A stretch of DNA of 59,935 nt, the filler included, from Dimargaris cristalligena (Eukaryota): NCBI GenBank assembly GCA_003614675.1. It is 2 parts of 2 records of this genome, joined end to end, with 100 filler letters (N's around TTAATTAATTAA, not from the genome) between each part and the next. Parts side by side here need not be neighbours in the genome. Positions count along the whole stretch, not along the records: positions 30,045 to 59,935 come from ML002471.1; 1 more part is not named here. The stretch is one strand, 5' to 3'. This document shows, in pieces, positions 47,214-59,935 of the stretch (positions are counted from its first letter, which is position 1; each line of letters starts with the position of its first letter). Below the pieces are notes generated by a model. That model saw only the letters and a program-made list of their open reading frames with translations. It was not told the origin of the DNA and ran no database searches. The position numbers and the translations under genes are program-made.

Positions 47214-48569
47214 TTAGGAGGTGGATGGGGTGGGGAAGGTAGGATTGGCGTTGGTAGTGGTGGCGGTAGAAGGAGGAGTAATAGTAGTGGTAGTAGTAGT
47301 TATCCCCGCTTCCGATCCGACCACGGCAGCACTACCACTGCCCTTCACGATGGGCGCGGGTGCGAGCAGTACGGGGTGCCGCGAGAATCCAGGAGCCTCG
47401 GCAACGGACTGGTGTCGTACGTGCCGCTTATGGGTATCAATGTGCTGACTGAGATTGTCCCGCCGCGCGAACCGCTTATCACACCCGGGCACGGTGCACC
47501 GATGGGGCTTCTCATTGGTGTGGATGAGATTGTGGCGCCGAAGGTGTTCCAGCCGCCGGAAATGGGCCGAACAGCCGGCGTGGCTGCACCAGTGCCGCTT
47601 TTCGTTGGGACCGGTCGCTTTGTGGGAGGGCGAGGTTTTGGCTGACCGCGGCGAGAGGGAATCGGCGACGACAACGGCGGTGGTGGGATCATCCCCTGGA
47701 CCGCGGGTTGAAGCAGAAGGAGGGGGAGATGTCGACCTACCCGTGCTCGTCGGCGGAGGAAGGTCCGTGGAAACGTTGGTGGAAATGGGCCGCCGGTTTT
47801 TGAGGGCTCGCCGCTTGGCAGGCGAGTGACCGGGCGCGCGGAGTCGGTTGAGGGAAGGGGTGGGGGTGAGCGGAGATTGAACCGGTTGGGCCGTGCGGGT
47901 ATGGATCATCGGCGTCGAGGGGGATGAATCACGCGGCGAGGGCGGAACCAGATACGGGTGGGGCGACAAAGTCCGTTTATGGAAGGCCGGCCGAGCGGTG
48001 GCCAGATTGGGCTCTTCCTCGGTGGGATTAAGGAGGAACGCGATGCTAGTAGGGGAAGTGAGCATCGGTAGGGGGGAGGAGGCAGCGACAACGACGACGT
48101 CAATCGACTCGGTCGGACTGACCGAATACGGCGAGGGCAAGGGGGTGTGCGGATGTTGTTGCTGGTGAAGGTGATGCTGATTATGATTATGATGCTGCTG
48201 AGGGTGGTGGATATTGGGGGTGTAACACGGATGGTTATACCCAGAAAACCGACCACTAGGCATGCCGGGGTATTCAGGGGAGGGTAAATACGGATGGGCC
48301 GGATGCAGTGAGGAGACAGGGGGCGCACCGGTGAGAGATACGGGGTGGCTCAGCTGGCAGAGCAAGAGCGACAGGGGCGGGCCGTCGCCGAAACTGCGGT
48401 TGTGGTCGGAGGGCACAAACGCGGGCTTTTCGTATTCGATGGGGTCGGCGTAGAAGCCCACCACGCCCGCTGAATTTTGGGAGGGGACGTGGCCGTCGGG
48501 CCGCACGGCGGTGGCCGTTTGTTCCGGCAGGCCATCGTGGTAGATACTATTGGTGCGGGGGGGAAGCAT
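47214..48569 (-). CDS. Two-finger C2H2 transcription factor (Msn2/Seb1/Ste12-finger-like), ~451 aa
   Basis: '[53 protein letters not shown]'; recognition helices RxEHLxRH / RxDNLxQH; His/Gln and Pro/Ser-rich regions. Confidence 0.9.
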   Translation of the reverse strand: MLPPRTNSIYHDGLPEQTATAVRPDGHVPSQNSAGVVGFYADPIEYEKPAFVPSDHNRSFGDGPPLSLLLCQLSHPVSLTGAPPVSSLHPAHPYLPSPEYPGMPSGRFSGYNHPCYTPNIHHPQQHHNHNQHHLHQQQHPHTPLPSPYSVSPTESIDVVVVAASSPLPMLTSPTSIAFLLNPTEEEPNLATARPAFHKRTLSPHPYLVPPSPRDSSPSTPMIHTRTAQPVQSPLTPTPSLNRLRAPGHSPAKRRALKNRRPISTNVSTDLPPPTSTGRSTSPPPSASTRGPGDDPTTAVVVADSLSPRSAKTSPSHKATGPNEKRHWCSHAGCSAHFRRLEHLRRHNLIHTNEKPHRCTVPGCDKRFARRDNLSQHIDTHKRHVRHQSVAEAPGFSRHPVLLAPAPIVKGSGSAAVVGSEAGITTTTTTITPPSTATTTNANPTFPTPSTS

Positions 48570-51500
48570 AGTGAGAGTGGAATTGACACACCTGGCTAGA
48601 TAATAGACGGTGAGATATAGAGGTGATATAGAGAGAGGGGGGGAAGAAGAGGCGGGCCAGGCCACTGTAAAAAAAAGGGGGTTAGGGTGGAAAAGAGGGA
48701 CTTTAAGGGCCAGCACCGCAATATTAGGCGGTGGCAATAGGGTGATGGAACAATTAATTGAACGGTTGATAATAAATCAATGAAAGAGTAATTTACGAAG
48801 AAAATACAATAGAAAAGCAGGAGAACTCATGGAAATCAAAGAACAAGAAGGATTGAGAGAGAGTAGAGAATAATGGAGGATAGGCAGTTGTAATAGTAGT
48901 AGTAGTAATAGTAGAAGTAGAAGTAGAAGTATAGTGAGGTTTGACAATACAATGAGCAGCAGTCGAAGAAGAACCGGGCTGGTGGTGGGACAGCCGCCTG
49001 TTTTATAAGGGCGGGGGAAAAGGGGTGGCCCAGGGGAGGGTGGTCGCTGCAATCCGCCCAGCGCGCGCCTCTAGGAATAGAGGGAGGGAGGGGTGCCAAT
49101 ATAAGAAAAGGGGGGTTCCTTTCTTCATCTTACCCACTGTGTACGTGTGTCAGACTGTATCATTAAAGGAGCACACTCCCCCCTCCAGTACGACCACTAG
49201 TCGGGACAGGGAAAAGGGAACGGGGCCAAGCCACCGTGGGGTATTATAGACGACGGGTTCGGATTCCCCTTCTTTATCCTCCCTGGATTTATATAATCCA
49301 TCTCGCTTGGTGCACCTTTCACGCGCGCCCTCGTCGCTACTTTGCCGGGTCGCGCTCCTTAGTAGTCCCCTTTCGACTCCTTGGAAGCCCGAAATAGCCC
49401 CCCAACCCTTATGTCGTTAAGGAGTTGCCGTGTCTGGTGCTAGTTCCGTTACCCGGTCTGGCACCACCAACTTTTCTTAAATCACGCTGGACGTCATCCT
49501 CTTATGGTAATCCACTTTCTAGCATATCAGCCCAGGAAATAGATTACGACGCACTGCCTAATGAATATAGCGGCTGTAAGCCTTCGGAAATCCCATCAGC
49601 ACTTATCGTCCCGATCTGTCCTACCTCCTCTATTTTATCACTACCGCCGCTGCACCCGAATGGCGACTTACTGCTTTAAGCGGCCCGACTAGTACCGGCC
49701 CCATCCCTTCCGCGCTGCGCCCCGCTTGAGATATCTCAAAGACGACGTGTCCCCGATACCCCCTTTATCGTCACCCCACACCCACATTGAATAAAAAATA
49801 ACACATGCCCGCATACGGCACCAGCCCGATGTACATCATCCCAGGGATGATCCTATACTTATCCAAGGGCCAACATAACCATTCCAGTCCCCCTTGTGCC
49901 CTTCAATTGAGGAAGTGGGGGGGGGAACTATTCAGTTCCGAATTCAGCTGTCCCGAGCACCTCCACAATTCGATTACCTTGGGGTGCCTCCTTGAAGTTC
50001 TACCGACCTCGCGTATCTCTCCACCTCCCACACTCCCTTTCTTTCAACTCCGCCGCTGGAAATCACTTCGGCTCACCCAGTCGCTTTCTCGCTCTCTATC
50101 TTTAGTCAGCTCGACACCCTGGGGAGGGGGGTGAATGGTTTCATGACGTGGGAGGAGGGGGGGAGGAAGTGGCCACGAACCGCGACTGGAGCAGGTCGAA
50201 TTGGCGCGCACATGCAAGTTGTAATTGGGGCCCATGTACCGCGGCTAGGTCCAATCGCGCAGCGTAAATGAAAAGGGTCTGCTGGCAACCCCGGCGGTGC
50301 TGCGATTAATACAAATATATAAGCAGTGGGGAATAACAATCACCATCGGCTGCTCCACTTAAGAAACGCCCCCAATCTATAATGGGGGTGACGGAGGGAG
50401 CAGGAGGAGGAGGAGGGGAATGTGGGGTTGGTTGACCCATTCCATTAAGTAAGTGGCCCATTCGCACCTGGCGATTATTACCCACTTTTTTCTGCTTGCC
50501 ATGTAAATTAACCACGGCGAAAGTGATCGACCCGGCCGCTTTTTATTTGGTTTGGCATTGCCAAAATCGGGTTCCTGCATACCTAACCGTATCGGCTTAA
50601 TAACAGGTTGGAGACGAGGAAAAGAAAGGATCGGCCCTTTCACCTCTGTGTCTTTATCCGTCGACATTATTGGTGGACTGAGCAGTGCGAGTGTGGGTCG
50701 TTCCCAAAACAAACCATAAATTAAAAACTATATATAAACGATAACCGTTGTAAACGGGGGGAAGCCCAAGGACAGCGTGATAAATCGCGACTCAAAGGGG
50801 GGAGGGGAGCTGGAGAAGGGGTGCAGCGACACACACACAGTGGGTGAGATTAGGCATCCCCCGCCTCGATTTTTGTAGTCACCCCACTGGTAGCCACGGT
50901 GGATTTTTCTAGTTAGGGATTTCGTTGGCTTAGGACCCCCTCCCTTCCCTCCTCTTATTCCTCGTTCTCCTCCTGCCTATCACTCAGTCGCCCCATCCTC
51001 TCACACACCCCTCTTCCGGCACAGTTCCATCGGGTCGGGCATTCTATCCGCAGAACTGTGTGTAACACCCACCGGCATGCAGAAGACAGTCTCCCGCATT
51101 CTCCACCCGACGACGGCCCATCCCCTCCGTCACTACAAGTAGAATTAGGCTATATTGGCCGCGACCGCTTATCCATCTATTGCCCCGCCATTCCTTCCCG
51201 CCCAGCCATTCGGTTACCCGCCTATATTAAGGGGGGGAGATCACATATCCCTCTCGTCCATTCTCTCCGGTAGTTGATCTCTCTATAAAATCTCCCAATG
51301 ACTTCTCTTCTACACTGATTTCAGCCTTAGGTCTTTATACATTTATATTTATTGGCCACATTCTAGCTATCCCCACCCTTCACTTCCGTAGAGCCGTTGG
51401 TCTCCCTGGTCAACCCCTTTCCCCCTGAAGCCAGCACTTAATTGCCAACATGCTTAGTTCTATATATGTTTCTACTTCGTCTAGAGGGATGTAGGAGTCT

Positions 51501-54500
51501 TGGTGGGTATGTTTTATTTTCCCAACTGGGCCATACTGAATGACCCTCTCCCGTTTGTTGATTGGCCCCATGGGGGCTGCTTAAGGGTCAGGGGACAGCG
51601 GAAACTGTGGATGACTGAGAATACCAATATAGAGGAGCTATCCCAGCCCCCCAGAGCGCGGATAAAGGGGGAGGAGAGGGAAAATTACGGGTGAGGGAAA
51701 GAAGCCACCCAGTCGTGGTAGAATGGGGCCAGAGGAAAGTGGGTGGGGAGGGGAGGGGGGAATCACGGCGATGGTGGTGAGATTATACCTTGTACCCCCC
51801 CTCCCTCTACAGCAAAATATGTCACCGCACTACTCGAATGGCCTGGCCATTGTCCTGTCACTACAATTCTCCGTATTCAGTCGCTACCTTTCAACTATTA
51901 AGCGAAACCTACTCCCGGCTTTGCCCTTCCCCCCCCCCTTTTCTCCCCTTATCTTCAATGACACACTGTACGCTGCTTTGATTTGGTTTATTTGGCGCCA
52001 ACACTGACCACCCTGCTACGTTTACGAGGGGGAGGGCAAATCGTACAGTACCCAGTGGAGAGGCCCCTTGGTGTAGTCCCTCAATGTATACGGCCCTCCT
52101 AGTATTTCCCCATTAACTGTAACTCGTAATAGTAATTTTATGCTTACACCCGTGCCGACGAATCGTTGTTACTCAACACATGTGTATACTCTCTCACATA
52201 ACAAATCTGCCACTAGTAAAGTACCACACCGACCTGAGGCGGGGAAACCCCTCTGCTACACTCGTCCACTACCATTGACTGAATCATGGCATAATGACAC
52301 GTTTATGTCCGTTTCTGCTACTTCCATGAGCGGGAGGGAGGGAGTGGCGGAGCACGAGTACAATCGATGATGGCTAGTGCGCTATATAAATATAATAGAC
52401 CCGGCCCCCATATTCCCTTTGAGGCTCAGTTCGCAGTGTTACCGGTTTTGGGGATTGGCCTTGGAGTGTTGCCAGGGGAGGGGGGAACTCACAGTGAAAC
52501 AGCTGTTCATCTTAAACCATTGGCCATTTTGGGTCTACCGTTCCAATCAAAGCAACGACACAGTAAACCTCCTCTACCGCCAGTGCCAACCTCCCTTACC
52601 ATAATCACAACAACAACCACAATAAACCGCCTCTCTCTTTCTCCTCCCCTCCACATCCCTTAACATCGATTGGAGTTGGAATCCCAGTAAGGCAAAGCAT
52701 CTTAATTCGAACCAACCCAATTAGATGGCTTTTCCCTTCGCCTTTATAAAGATACATGAAAAATGCGGTTGGGAGGGAGAAGGGGGGAGGGTCGGCAACT
52801 GAGGCAGGGGCTAATCGGCAGGGAGAGAACACCCCCCCCACTCCCATCGCCTATCTATTTGGGGAATACCCGCCCAAGTAACCATCCCCTTTTCATCACG
52901 ATTACCCAGGCGATGCCTCAGAAGGAATAATATTAATTAGGGAAAGGAGTAACCCAGTAGAGGGTTCATAATACAATTTGGGTATTCCGAACCGAGCCCC
53001 AATGGCCCATAGGCCCCTGAGTATAGCTTAATCGAGAAGCCGAATTTCTCCGGCTTTCTAATAGGGGAAGCGAAAACAGGGCGTTGAGTTAGTTTTGGTA
53101 AACGTATGCAAATGTAGCAGTGAGCTCGTCCGCTCAATGACGATCGTCAAACAGCATCCGAGGTTTCGTAAAAACAAATAGTTTCGTATCAGTATAATTA
53201 CCGGATTCTACGCAATAACCATAATTAGAGGGGCAACCCGAGCCACCTTCCATTTATATAGCATATTGTGGAATAGGTCTCCCCCTCCATGTTGCCATAT
53301 TGGGTGATGGAACTTCACTTTGAACAGACCCGTCAATTCCGCTTGTTGCCCACCGCTTCAGCCCCATTCCCACCACCACAAATAGAGGCTTGGAATGCCA
53401 ACTACGATCGCGGTCCATAATAATACACCCTTGACTCTGTCGCTGTTTAGGTGCCCATTAGTGGACTGATTAACGGGCAGTAGGGTACTCCCGGCTGACC
53501 CGCTCCCCTAAGCAATGCGCTGGGTGTGTGGGGAGGGGGTATAGGTATGGGTTAGTGGAAACTACGATATATCCATAGAGCGGGTAAACTAATAATAAGA
53601 GGGAATGGGAATCCCCATGATTATTTTTATTTTTGTAAACCCAGGTTGACACTGGGTTGGCTCCCCCTCTAGCTGCACGGCAAGGGTGGGGCCAGGAGGA
53701 GGTATACAACTGCGCAACAGGGATAGCAGATGCGGGAAAGTAGGGGCGATGACGGCTAAAATCTTCAGTGGGCTCACTGCCAAGCTTTGCATACGCTGGT
53801 GCGTACATGTGAGTTGCCGATAATGAAGGGGGTGGAGGTAGGGGAGGGAAGAAGGGGTTGTTACGCGAATCAGCCTGCAATAAAATTAACTGTCCCCTCC
53901 CGATTAAACCATCATCTGCCGAGCTTGGGCGAGATTTAGGCGGTGTCTAAACCCCGTCTCATCCCATCTCCCTCTTTTATCACCTTTCCTCCTTAACATA
54001 CATACACACACTTTAAAGAACCTGCAGCACTATGCATGCCCCGGCCGAGGGGTTATCCATTACACCTATTTGGCTGTGCAGATTTACCTCCCACCCCCCT
54101 CTCTCTCTCTCACTCTCTCTTCTCAACCCCCCTTCTTCTCTTCCCCGGTTCCTCGAAAATTAACAAGTAATCCCATGCAACCCGAAGGGTCCCTTTTTCG
54201 GTTGATCAGGGAATGCAGAGAGCCACGGCTAGTCCTAGAGCCTGGCGTTGAATGGGGGAAGCTGGAGAGTCATGCGGGGGAAGATGATATTGCTATAGAC
54301 CCACCCATATGGGCCGTCTAACCCTACAACTGGGTAGCGTTCTCCCCCCTCCATTCCCACTAATCTACGCCAATCGGCCCCGAGATATTGGGGTGACCAT
54401 CTTCCATCACTTCTCAATCAAAATATTGCAAAGAAAATTCAATTTCATATGAGTCAGCCGGTATTTATGTATTTTCTGATCGGGTCAATGGAACTATTAG

Positions 54501-57029
54501 CACTGTCAATCATGGCTCTCAACGGAAGAAGCCAGCCTACACCACCCCTTTTTTCTGCTCGATTCACTGCGTCATAATATCGGGGGGGAACATGGTCTTC
54601 TATTAGGGTATCCCTTAAAATCACTATTAGCTGCCATTCACGCTGCCTGTTAAAGTAACTTACACCACACATTCTAGCAATTTCGGGGTTTCAACCCCCC
54701 CTCCTCTCTCTCGGTTACCCTTTGCCGCTTCAGAATCCACTAGGAGGTTCATTCTAGTATGTATATTCTCTTTAGAACCCATTCCCACCACCCACTCCTC
54801 CACAATGGCTGGCCGATCCTCCTCCACCACACTTCGCAGTTAACGGCGTTGATTGGTTCCTCCTTCAATAGCCAGCCAATTGATGCCCTCTCACATCCTG
54901 CCCTCCCCCCGTTACCTCAATTTACTTTGATGTAATTTCCCTTGGGTTTTGGCGTAGCTGCCGCATTGTTGGTACATTTTCCGTCACACACATACACACA
55001 AGCACATCGCGTAGTTTTCGATTTCACCCATGCCCCTGTCGTGTGCCTTGCCCGGATGTAAACGCGGGCTTCATTATGGTACATGGATGGGCAGGTTGTA
55101 TATTCCCAGACCTGAGGACCGTACTAGCCCCATTTTCACTTAACTCCCCATATCCCTTTTATTTAGTAATCCGACAACACAGTGTTAAAGCTATATTTGG
55201 AGGGAAGAGAGGTGGAGGTGAGGGGTGGGGAGTGCGAGATCGTCGAAGCCAAACCACTAAAGCTGCTAATGACACTAAACGTTTTAACTCCACCTTGAGT
55301 ATACAGTTGGTCTGAGTGTGCGCTACATTATTATTATCAACCAGATTATCGTCCATCTAGTGCGTATCCCATGATTTGGAATAACATCGCCTTGACCTCC
55401 AAATAACTTTAGCGCTAGAAATCCACGCGTCCCTCGGCCGCCATCCGGCTATCCTCCTCAGGTTCGTGGGGATGTGAATACCATTGGAGTATAACCCTCT
55501 CTCAATCGAAGCCACCGCCCATCGAGGCCAAGACACCTCCGAGTTGGATCAATGTGGATATAAAATAAAATAAAACTACGAAACGTAAACGAGAGGGCGC
55601 CCCTTTAAGGGCATTTGTTAGTTCCGAGTAGAGGTATGCACAAGTGCCGGTCGTTAATTTGGGGGGTCATCAGGGCATACCAGGTGGTGGGAATGCCGAT
55701 GGACACTCTCCCCTCGCCCGCCTAACAGTTCCCGTGTTATCTATCCATGCCATTCCCCGCGTGTCAGTATATTCTACTATTCAAGTACATCCACTGACAG
55801 CCGGATGAATTGGCGTTGTCTCCCCCCACCACTACCCCTCAGTTGCCCTCAATAACTGGAAGGCAATGTTTTAAGTTCGCATTGGGAGCTAATCATTGAG
55901 TGCCTATCAGTAACGTTCGCAAGGGCTGACTGGCCTAGTCCCACATAGTATTTACTTGGTGAGTATCGGAACATCTAATCCCCTAGTGTGCCACTCATCA
56001 CCCTAGTCAATTACACGTAGTTCCGTATGCGTCACGTAGCAATTGCCCATAATGGGCAGTCAAGTTAGTGTACTTTAGTCAGCGTGCTCTAGATTCACAT
56101 TATTCTTCGCCCATTTGGTCAAGAATTTCCCTACAGTCAAAACACCCCTAGCCTTCAAACTATTTAGGTCAGGTTATTATGTATATATATTTTTCGTTCC
56201 TGTGAATCCGGCAGGGCCCCAGGCTACTTCCAACACTACTCTATTCAAAGAGGGCACATACCTAGCGCGCCAGGTATGTGCCCACACCCACACGCATATT
56301 CACTACTCTAATATCCACAACACCCGTCTCCACATCCCTTCAATATTATGAACCCGATTCTCTCTCTCTCTCTCTCGAAAAAATGGCTGGACCTGTGACA
56401 ACGAATACCATCTTGTTTCATTGCCGTTTCCGGCGATCCTCTGGTGCCAGTGACCCATTGCCACCCTGTTTCAAAAATCATTTATTTTGGACTGTTACCA
56501 TTATATTTCCTGGATATTTCGTAATAAATAAAATTATTTTATAAACCAAATTGGGAGAAAAGTGGGGGTGAAAGTGGGGAGGGAGGGAGAGAGAGAGGGA
56601 TAAAGTAGTGTTGGTAGGTGTCTCCACTTGGCGGAATAGTTTCACACCATATTTCTTGCCTGAGTCCCCCTTTATTTATTTTTTCACATTCTTGCCCAGT
56701 CAAAAAAATATATGCCAAATTGACGACCGATTTGACCAATACTATTGTATTTTTGTTTGTGAATCCAGCCATCACGTTGGTCAGAAATGACGAATGATAG
56801 ACCCAAAAGGATCCATGGTATACAGTCTCCATGTCATATGGATTATAATCGTCACCTGCGCCTCAATCAACAGTTATAGTTATAGTTTTGTACGGTAGGT
56901 AGACAGGTACACCAAGGTTGCACTTATTTGGCCAAATCAGTATTAGTCTGGGGTTACTAATATATACCAAGCTGGACTTGGTGAGTATCAATGGAAAGTA
57001 TCCGAGCCTTCATTGGTTGCTCACATCCA

Positions 57030-57171
57030 TATGGGTGAAATGCGGCCCAGCTGTATAAGGTTTTAAATGATACATGTATGGGGTAATATACGGGATATTT
57101 ATTTTTAACCAGTGATATTCACTTCATCCAACGGATTTTTCGTTGCACAGCTTGGTTGAACTTCTCCCATA
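57030..57171. mobile_element. 142-bp MITE-like element, copy 3
   Basis: TATGGGTGAAATGCGGCCCAGCTGTATAAGGTTTTAAATGATA ... CAGCTTGGTTGAACTTCTCCCATA; highly similar to copy 1. Confidence 0.85.
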
Positions 57172-58661
57172 TGTATTAGGAATAAGCTATTACATCAAGT
57201 ACACTGCCTTATCCCCAATTTAGGTGGATAGTACGTTTGAACAAGATAATCCCGTCCTTGTATATTGTACTGCTGATAGCCGGGCATTAGGTTTGTAAAG
57301 TGTCATATGATGAATACCTTTTAAAATAGGGGAGATCTAGGTTTCATAGTTTTGTACTAATATAGTCGAGTGGCGGAATACGAAAAAGCGGAGGTGTTCG
57401 CTGACAGTGCGTCATTTTCCGAATGGACCCGTAACAGCCACACATAGCACCACTCTGTGGCCCACCACCACCAGAAAAAATATGCTCTCAAATACACGCC
57501 ATACTAAAACGACCAATCGGATGAATTGGTAGAAAGTCAAGAGATGACAGGTTAACTGGTCAGTTTAATAGGGGCAAGCATACCCACAATTCGGCTGAAT
57601 TGGCGGTAGCAGATCTATTATCGACAAGTAGCTAGCTAGTTGCAATATGCCAAGGCAAGGACTGCGATATACAACCATGGGTAGAGTAGTCATCGCTATG
57701 AGTTTATTGGGGGGTGGATAGACAACAGTTGTAACTGCGTATTCGGTATAGATCATATTGGAGTCGTATGGGCTACCAACACCCTGCAAAGGAATAGGTT
57801 GATTACCCAACGCCCTAGTAAATGAGCGAATCTATTTAATGGGTATACCCCTGACTCTGACAAACTAGCCTAGCCCCCAGCATAATACCTTACTATACAT
57901 TCCACATGACAGTGGGAAGTCTCAGCTTACTAAACCCTGGTATACCTGTTGCTAAGTGCTACCGCCTCACATCTACCTTAAACTTAACTGTTTTGCTTTG
58001 ACTAGGCACTTGGACCAACGTGACAAAATAAAGCGCCGTTAATCCAGTCACGAAAGTGCTGCCATACTTCGGTTCAATCCCAAATACAAATTAAACCGAA
58101 AGTGTCCAATTAGCTATACAACTGCTAGGGCTTGGTAAAGAAGAACAGTTTTATTGAATTGAAAGCTGATATGGAATCGTGTAATCGGCATCAAGAATTT
58201 TAGTTAATGACATGTTATTAGCGAGACAAATCCAAAATAGACAATTGAGTTCGAAAAAGAGCGATTGGATTATGTGAAAATAATGGGAAGGACCAGGTTG
58301 AGCGCTAAAAGCAAATGAGCCGACTGGATGCATCTAATACGTGGTAATAAAGTGAAAGTTTTTCGAAGCAGGCGTGAAAGCAAGCGACCGTCGGTGAGGG
58401 TAGGCCGCGTTAAGCCGAGCAGGGAAAGGGCTAGCAATGTCGACTAGTGGTCGAAGGAGAGGTGGATAATAATTATCAACAAGGTCAACGACGAGGGCTA
58501 TTTCTGGAAATTGTTCCGTGTAGGTATAGCCAAAGGAAGTGCGGAACGGTGGTTGGACCGTTTTTAAGAGAAGTTGCGGGGCCGTTTTTGTGTTTCCGTT
58601 GATGTAACTATTTCGCTGGGGGATTCCCTTACCGAGGTTGATATCCGCCTCAAGAAAGTGA

Positions 58662-59935
58662 TTAGTATCCGGGACCGCCCCAGCCACCGGATCCGCGGCC
58701 GAAGCTGTCACCGCCGTTACCACCGTCGCCGCCATCACCGCCGTCGCCTCCGCCGGAGCTGGATCCCCAGTCCCATCCGCGGCCACTGTTACGGCCCCAG
58801 CCCGATCCGCTACCGGCATTGCCACCATTACCGCCGCTGCCACCATTACCTCCGGATCCACTGCCGCGGCCATCACCGCCGTTGCCGCCATTACCACCAT
58901 TGCCTCCGTTGCCCCCTCCGAAATGAAAGCTGTTGCCCCAAACATGGCTGTTCTCACCGCGGCTCCAGCTGTTTCCACCGTTGCCGCCATTACCACCATC
59001 CCCACCGTTACCACCGGAGCCGCGGCCCCAGCTGTTTCCACCATTGCCACCGTTACCTCAGTTGCCGCCATTTCCTCCGCTGCCGGAAACGATGCTAGAT
59101 CCGCGGGTCCAACCGGTGGCATTTCCTCCGTTGCCACCATTGCCGCCGTCACCACCGTCTCCTCCATTACCGGAGCCGGATCCCCAGCCAGTGGTCTTTC
59201 CACCGTTGCCACCATTGCCGCCGTCACCTCCGTCTCCGCCATTACCAGAGCCGGATCCGTGACCTGATCCCCAGCCTGAAGACTTGCCGCCATTGCCGCC
59301 GTCGCCACCATCACCGCCGTTACCGGATGCTGATCCGTGGCCCGAGCTAGAGCCCCAGCCGGTGGTCTTGCCACCGTTTCCGCCATTGCCACCGTCACCA
59401 CCGTCTCCACCATTACCAGAGCCGGATCCGTGACCAGAACCCCAGCTAGATCCCCAGCCTGAAGTCCTGCCTCCATTTCCGCCATTGCCGCCGTCTCCAC
59501 CATTGCCCGAGCCGGATCCGTGACCAGAACTCCAGCTAGATCCCCAGCTAGAGCTCCATCCAGAGGTTTTGCTTCCATTTCCGCCATTGCCGCCGTCACC
59601 ACCGTCTCCGCCATTACCAGAGCCGGATCCGTGACCAGAGCCCCAGCCGGTGGTAGTTTTACCGCCATTGCCACCGTCACCGCCGTCTCCACCATTACCA
59701 GAGCCGGAGCCATGGCCTGAAGTCCATCCAGAAGTCTTGCCGCCGTTGCCACCATTGCCGCCATCACCACCGTCTCCGCCATTACCGGAGCCGGATCCAG
59801 AGCCCCAGCCGGTGGTATTTTTGCCGCCGTTGCCGCCGTCACCACCATCACCGCCATTGCCGGAGCTGGATCCATGGCTTGAGCTAGAGCCCCATCCGGA
59901 GGTCTTTCCACCGTTGCCGCCATTACCACCGTCAC
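58662..59935 (-). CDS. Glycine-rich GGx-repeat protein, 5' end outside the window (>=423 aa)
   Basis: Frame starting at 59933 reads DGGNGGNGGKTSGWGSSSSHGSSSGNGGDGGDGGNGGKNTTGWGSGSGSGNGGDGGDGGNGG..., ending GSGGWGGPGY-TAA (58664-58662). Variation among repeats falls on third positions of Gly codons, and the repeat stops at this stop codon. Confidence 0.85.

Noticed and set aside
58334-59935. 533-aa 'MTVVMAATV...' ORF and the plus-strand PPLPPLPP / His-Arg-Cys-rich ORFs
   Set aside because: Off-frame and antisense shadows of the Gly-rich gene; repeat variation is synonymous only in the GGx frame.
58662-59935. CRISPR-like repeat/spacer reading of the periodic DNA
   Set aside because: Repeats are degenerate, codon-structured and in a eukaryotic context with no cas genes.

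Overview
Eukaryotic, fungal-type genomic DNA with GT-AG introns and CTAAC-like branch sites. Retention of PUS10 and DTWD1 suggests an early-diverging (non-Dikarya) fungus. The foldback chimera at the scaffold gap is typical of an MDA/single-cell assembly, which would fit a Zoopagomycota such as Dimargaris (inference only). The window holds two contigs joined by an N-gap with an artificial TTAATTAATTAA linker (29945-30044). Housekeeping genes: DTWD1-like (3 exons), THOC1/HPR1, IML2/TTC39, PUS10 (10 exons, reconstructed by hand), a PH-BEACH-WD40 protein (5'-truncated), verprolin/WIP (3'-truncated), mitochondrial uS9, LAMTOR1/EGO1-like, a forkhead TF and an Msn2/Ste12-type C2H2 TF. Accessory items: an inverted pair of paralogous small signal-peptide + C-terminal-membrane-anchor genes with shared promoter motifs, a secreted F-box-like protein, a small secreted orphan, a GGx-repeat glycine-rich protein missed by the ORF track, three copies of a 142-bp MITE, and CpG-depleted blocks. 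All coordinates and counts were read by eye; no searches were run.
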